Source: an uncultured delta proteobacterium
GTDB lineage: Bacteria > Desulfobacterota > BSN033 > UBA1163
Assembly: GCA_963827685.1 (NCBI GenBank)
Contig: CAWHBU010000014.1
Coordinates: 1-10,106 of the forward strand
DNA: 10,106 nt
Direction: 5' to 3'
Under the pieces are notes generated by a model. The model ran no database searches. It worked only from the letters and a program-made list of their open reading frames with translations, and was not told the DNA's origin. A program made the position numbers and the translations under genes. Below, in pieces: positions 7,810-10,106 of this stretch (the stretch's first letter is position 1; each line of letters opens with the position of its first letter).

Positions 7810-8719
7810 TTACCGAGGGAATCCCTTCCATACTCCCCTGCGTGTGCCCGCATCCATTCCAAATCCTGACTCTATTCCCAACAAACAGTCCTCAGGAAGT
7901 CGCTCCAATTGCTCTTTTGTGAAGATTGACCTGGCTTTCATCTGGAAAGAAAATACAAGATTGCCAAGTTTCGCCTGGAGTTCTGAAATCTTCTTTTGCC
8001 GGTCAAGAAGGATCTTAGGTCGAAACATTCGGGTCCCGGACTAAATAGCGAAATTCAAGCCTTAAAACTATGAGATCCCTTCTCAGAGGCATAGCTTCTG
8101 CCATGTAGGCATGCTGAATGGCTTCAAGTGCCTTTGCCTGTTCCTCGGTGAGGACGGATGATTGCCCGCATACGCCCTCTTCGCCCATCTTCAAAATCGC
8201 CTTGTTTTGTTTGGGAAAAGAGGGTTGAGCCAGCAAGGGCTGAATGTTCATGCTGGTCAATAAGAAAAGTAATAATCCAAGCCTGATTTCCCGTCGCAGG
8301 GATGGCCTTCTGTCCTTTCCAATATTTTCGGAAATATTTCGGTTTTGAAACTTTCCTGGTATTGAGAGACTCCTTAATAATTCGTATAACTTATCCCAAT
8401 CGATGGGTTTGGAAAGGAATCCATCCACCCTTTCTTCTTTGGCCTTGTTCTTGATCTCATCCGCTGGAAAACCGGTGACCATAATGGTACGAAGGTGAGG
8501 GTGAATCATCCTGGCATTCCGAATCAGTTCGAAGCCATCCATTCCAGGCATACGGACGTCGGTAATGAGAATATTGAAAGACTCTCTGTTAAGACATGTC
8601 AATGCCTCCTCCGCATCGGCACAGGATCGGGTTTCATACCCCGAACTATGAAGGAGGTTTTCCATTGCACCTCTGGAGAAAACGTCATCCTCCACGATTA
8701 GAATCTTTTTGGATTTCAT
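7810..8719 (-). pseudogene. Receiver (REC) domain + signal/TM segment + Spy/CpxP/ZraP-like domain fusion, interrupted by one extra base near 8023-8025 (true frameshift or sequence error)
   Basis: REC motifs are intact (ILIVEDD, LITD54VRMPGMDG, MVTG, LSKP). Hydrophobic segment LGLLLFLLTSMNIQPLLA is followed by LTEEQ. Removing one T from AAT GTT TCG ACC TAA gives NVRPKILLDRQKKISELQAKL…FTKEQ, joining ORFs 8015..8719 and 7810..8028 into a 302-aa protein that aligns without gaps to the upstream ZraP-like protein. Confidence 0.85.
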
Positions 8720-8745
8720 TTTTCCCCTTTTTCTGAATGACAGGG

Positions 8746-8773
8746 ACAGGGCGGAGAAATCTCCCCGCCCTGT
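8746..8773 (-). terminator. GC-rich stem-loop after the ZraP-like gene, lacking a U-tract (weak terminator or mRNA-stabilising hairpin)
   Basis: Minus strand ACAGGGCGGGGA-GATT-TCTCCGCCCTGT forms a 12-bp stem with one G-U pair, 8 nt after the stop codon, followed by CCCTGTCATT rather than poly-U. Confidence 0.6.
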
Positions 8774-8781
8774 GTTCGAGC

Positions 8782-9237
8782 CTACCAGCAGCCCATACGG
8801 CCCATTTTGCCCATTCCTGGACCAAAGCCCATGCCGTAGCCAAATGTTCCTATTTGGGCTTGTTGTTCCGGAGTGAGCAGCTTCCGGATAGCGAGCCTGA
8901 AATTGGTAGCTTTCTCTTGGAGTTTGCTCTGGAGATTCAGAATCTCCTTCTGCTTGGCTGTGATGGCAGCCTGATCAGGATTCTGGGTTAGCCAGAGGCT
9001 ACGAAGCTCGGTTCTCTTCTTGAAGAGATCCTCCTGAAGCGGTGCGGTCTCATCCAGATGGGCCTTCTGTAAGGCCTGAATCTTCGAAGATTGCTCCGCC
9101 GTCAAGTTGGGAATAGCAGGATAACCATACCCCGGTCCCATACCATAGCCTCGGCCAGGCCCCCAGGCCAGTGCCGCTGTCGCCATCAAGGCCAAAGCCA
9201 ACATCAGACTCAGCGTAATGATGGTGGTCTTTTTCAT
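8782..9237 (-). CDS. Spy/CpxP/ZraP-family periplasmic chaperone / heavy-metal sensor accessory protein, 151 aa
   Basis: Signal peptide (…TAALA|WG), Gly/Met/Tyr-rich N- and C-terminal tails, two LTxxQ motifs (LTAEQ, LTPEQ) flanking a helical core, strong AAGGAGGTGA RBS. Confidence 0.92.
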   Translation of the reverse strand: MKKTTIITLSLMLALALMATAALAWGPGRGYGMGPGYGYPAIPNLTAEQSSKIQALQKAHLDETAPLQEDLFKKRTELRSLWLTQNPDQAAITAKQKEILNLQSKLQEKATNFRLAIRKLLTPEQQAQIGTFGYGMGFGPGMGKMGRMGCW

Positions 9238-9373
9238 TGGAACTCACCTCCTTTCTCTTTGGATTCAGCTTCCTCAGTGTGTGTTTCATGACCTCTGAGG
9301 AGAAGACGGTCGATAGAATTCTTGCTTTGGTAATTTTTCGATGAATTAAATAGACGGGTTACTCTGGTGGAAA

Positions 9374-9682
9374 TTAGCAGCGAAGGGGAACAGGATTGAG
9401 GAAGGTATTGGAATAGAAGGAGTAGAGAAGAGAAATCCGCAACTCTTGAGTGGAAGGTAATACCTGAAAAACTGTAGTCAAACGTAAACTTGCTAAAATC
9501 TGGTTATCATGAGAGGCGATGGAATGGAAAGGACACGGCTTACATTTCACTTCTTGCTTCCCCTGAGAGAGGGGACATCCGGCACCAATTTTTTGAAGAA
9601 AGTTTAGTGGGATCATACCAAGTAGAATCGGTATGAGAACGATTGCCGGGATAAGAATGAATAGTTTTGATCTGCCACTCAT
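9374..9682 (-). CDS. Small membrane-anchored Cys-rich protein, 102 aa; candidate metal-responsive leader peptide
   Basis: AAAGAGGT RBS before ATG 9682; the longer start at 9736 overlaps the sigma54 promoter. N-terminal TM LFILIPAIVLIPILLGMI, Cys cluster CPLSQGKQEVKCKPCPFH, low-complexity linker, C-terminus NPVPLRC. Confidence 0.72.
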   Translation of the reverse strand: MSGRSKLFILIPAIVLIPILLGMIPLNFLQKIGAGCPLSQGKQEVKCKPCPFHSIASHDNQILASLRLTTVFQVLPSTQELRISLLYSFYSNTFLNPVPLRC

Positions 9683-9719
9683 TTGAAACCTCTTTGATTT
9701 GAACCTTGATCTGGGATAC

Positions 9720-9735
9720 AGCATTTTTGATGCCA
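9720..9735 (-). promoter_or_regulatory. Sigma54 (RpoN) -24/-12 promoter
   Basis: TGGCATCAAAAATGCT has exact GG-N10-GC spacing (consensus TGGCACN5TTGC). It is ~40 nt upstream of ATG 9682, with an AT-rich tract (9740-9778) and enhancer-like repeats further upstream. Confidence 0.75.
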
Positions 9736-9837
9736 TAATCTAAGAATTTTTTTGATAATTAAAAATATTTTTGAATTACGAGGAGTTAGATAAATCCAGA
9801 AGGTTCAAATTAGGATACATAAAATGCAGCGGTTAAA

Positions 9838-9959
9838 TCGACTTCGACAATGATGTCGAGTAAAAGAGGCAGGAATTAACTTGTTTTCCTTCAATATCAA
9901 TCCGTTACATAAATTTCGACATGACTTTCCTGAATCGACAGCCTTGTCAAACATCGACA
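9838..9959. promoter_or_regulatory. Clustered TGTCGA/TCGACA repeats; candidate upstream activating sequences for a sigma54 enhancer-binding protein
   Basis: Plus strand: TCGACA-ATGA-TGTCGA (9844-9859); TCGACA at 9916, 9935 and 9954 (exact 19-bp period); TGTCAA at 9945; TCGACT at 9838. Confidence 0.65.
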
Positions 9960-10033
9960 TCAGCTTCCTTTGATACATCCGTGTTACTACGCAGTGGATT
10001 CTTTACCCGAATATCCGGGATCTGATCTTGTCT

Positions 10034-10106
10034 CTAATCGATTTCTTGGAGCAAAGCTGTTACCTTGTTTTCGATCAAATCCCTGACTTGACGGAAAACA
10101 TCAATC
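10034..10106 (-). CDS. C-terminal end of an ArsC arsenate reductase / LMW protein-tyrosine-phosphatase family protein; 5' part outside the window
   Basis: Hand translation IDVFRQVRDLIENKVTALLQEID* resembles the FR.VRD.I...V..L C-terminal helix of thioredoxin-coupled ArsC/LMWP proteins. Only 23 residues are visible. Confidence 0.7.
   Translation of the reverse strand, partial: IDVFRQVRDLIENKVTALLQEID

Noticed and set aside
437-8991. Numerous plus-strand and alternate-frame ORFs in the track (e.g. 537..725, 781..1041, 1475..1828, 3530..3946, 4562..4912, 6499..6891, 7003..7347, 8737..8991)
   Set aside because: They overlap well-supported minus-strand genes and show no recognisable motifs, so they are treated as shadow ORFs.
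9050-9289. 79-aa minus-strand ORF with a GAGG upstream of its ATG, overlapping the ZraP-like gene
   Set aside because: It is out of frame within a confident CDS and has no protein-like features. A regulatory role cannot be supported.
9683-9736. Longer start (ATG 9736) for the Cys-rich ORF
   Set aside because: It overlaps the sigma54 promoter and has no RBS. ATG 9682 has AAAGAGGT.
9744-9760. IHF-like site TATCAAAAAAATTC between promoter and enhancer
   Set aside because: Spacing is one base off the WATCAA-N4-TTR consensus. It is noted only as an AT-rich tract.
9838-9959. TCGACA repeats considered as a CRISPR array, iterons or IS ends
   Set aside because: The repeats are only 6 bp with 13-bp gaps, and no cas, rep or transposase gene is nearby. 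An enhancer interpretation fits better.

Overview
All genes in this window lie on the minus strand and form a metal-resistance / envelope-stress cluster of a Gram-negative bacterium (the sigma54 promoter and ZraP-like protein suggest Desulfobacterota/deltaproteobacteria; this is inference). In transcription order, right to left: (1) the 3' end of an ArsC/LMW-PTP-family gene; (2) an intergenic region with a sigma54 -24/-12 promoter and phased TGTCGA enhancer-like repeats; (3) a small membrane-anchored Cys-rich ORF that may be a metal-sensing leader peptide; (4) a Spy/CpxP/ZraP-family periplasmic protein; (5) an unusual receiver domain + signal/TM segment + Spy/CpxP fusion, split by a 1-nt frameshift; (6) a four-gene trans-envelope module of LolD-like ATPase, FtsX/LolE-like permease, LolA-like periplasmic protein and outer-membrane beta-barrel; (7) a C-terminal remnant of a second permease; (8) a GC-rich secreted hypothetical protein; (9) an ICMT/PEMT-like membrane methyltransferase with a His/Met-rich C-terminal domain; (10) a chromate transporter ChrA running off the left edge. 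The two edge genes are absent from the ORF track and were translated by hand. No RNA genes, CRISPR arrays or mobile elements were recognised. All family assignments come from motif recognition, not database searches.
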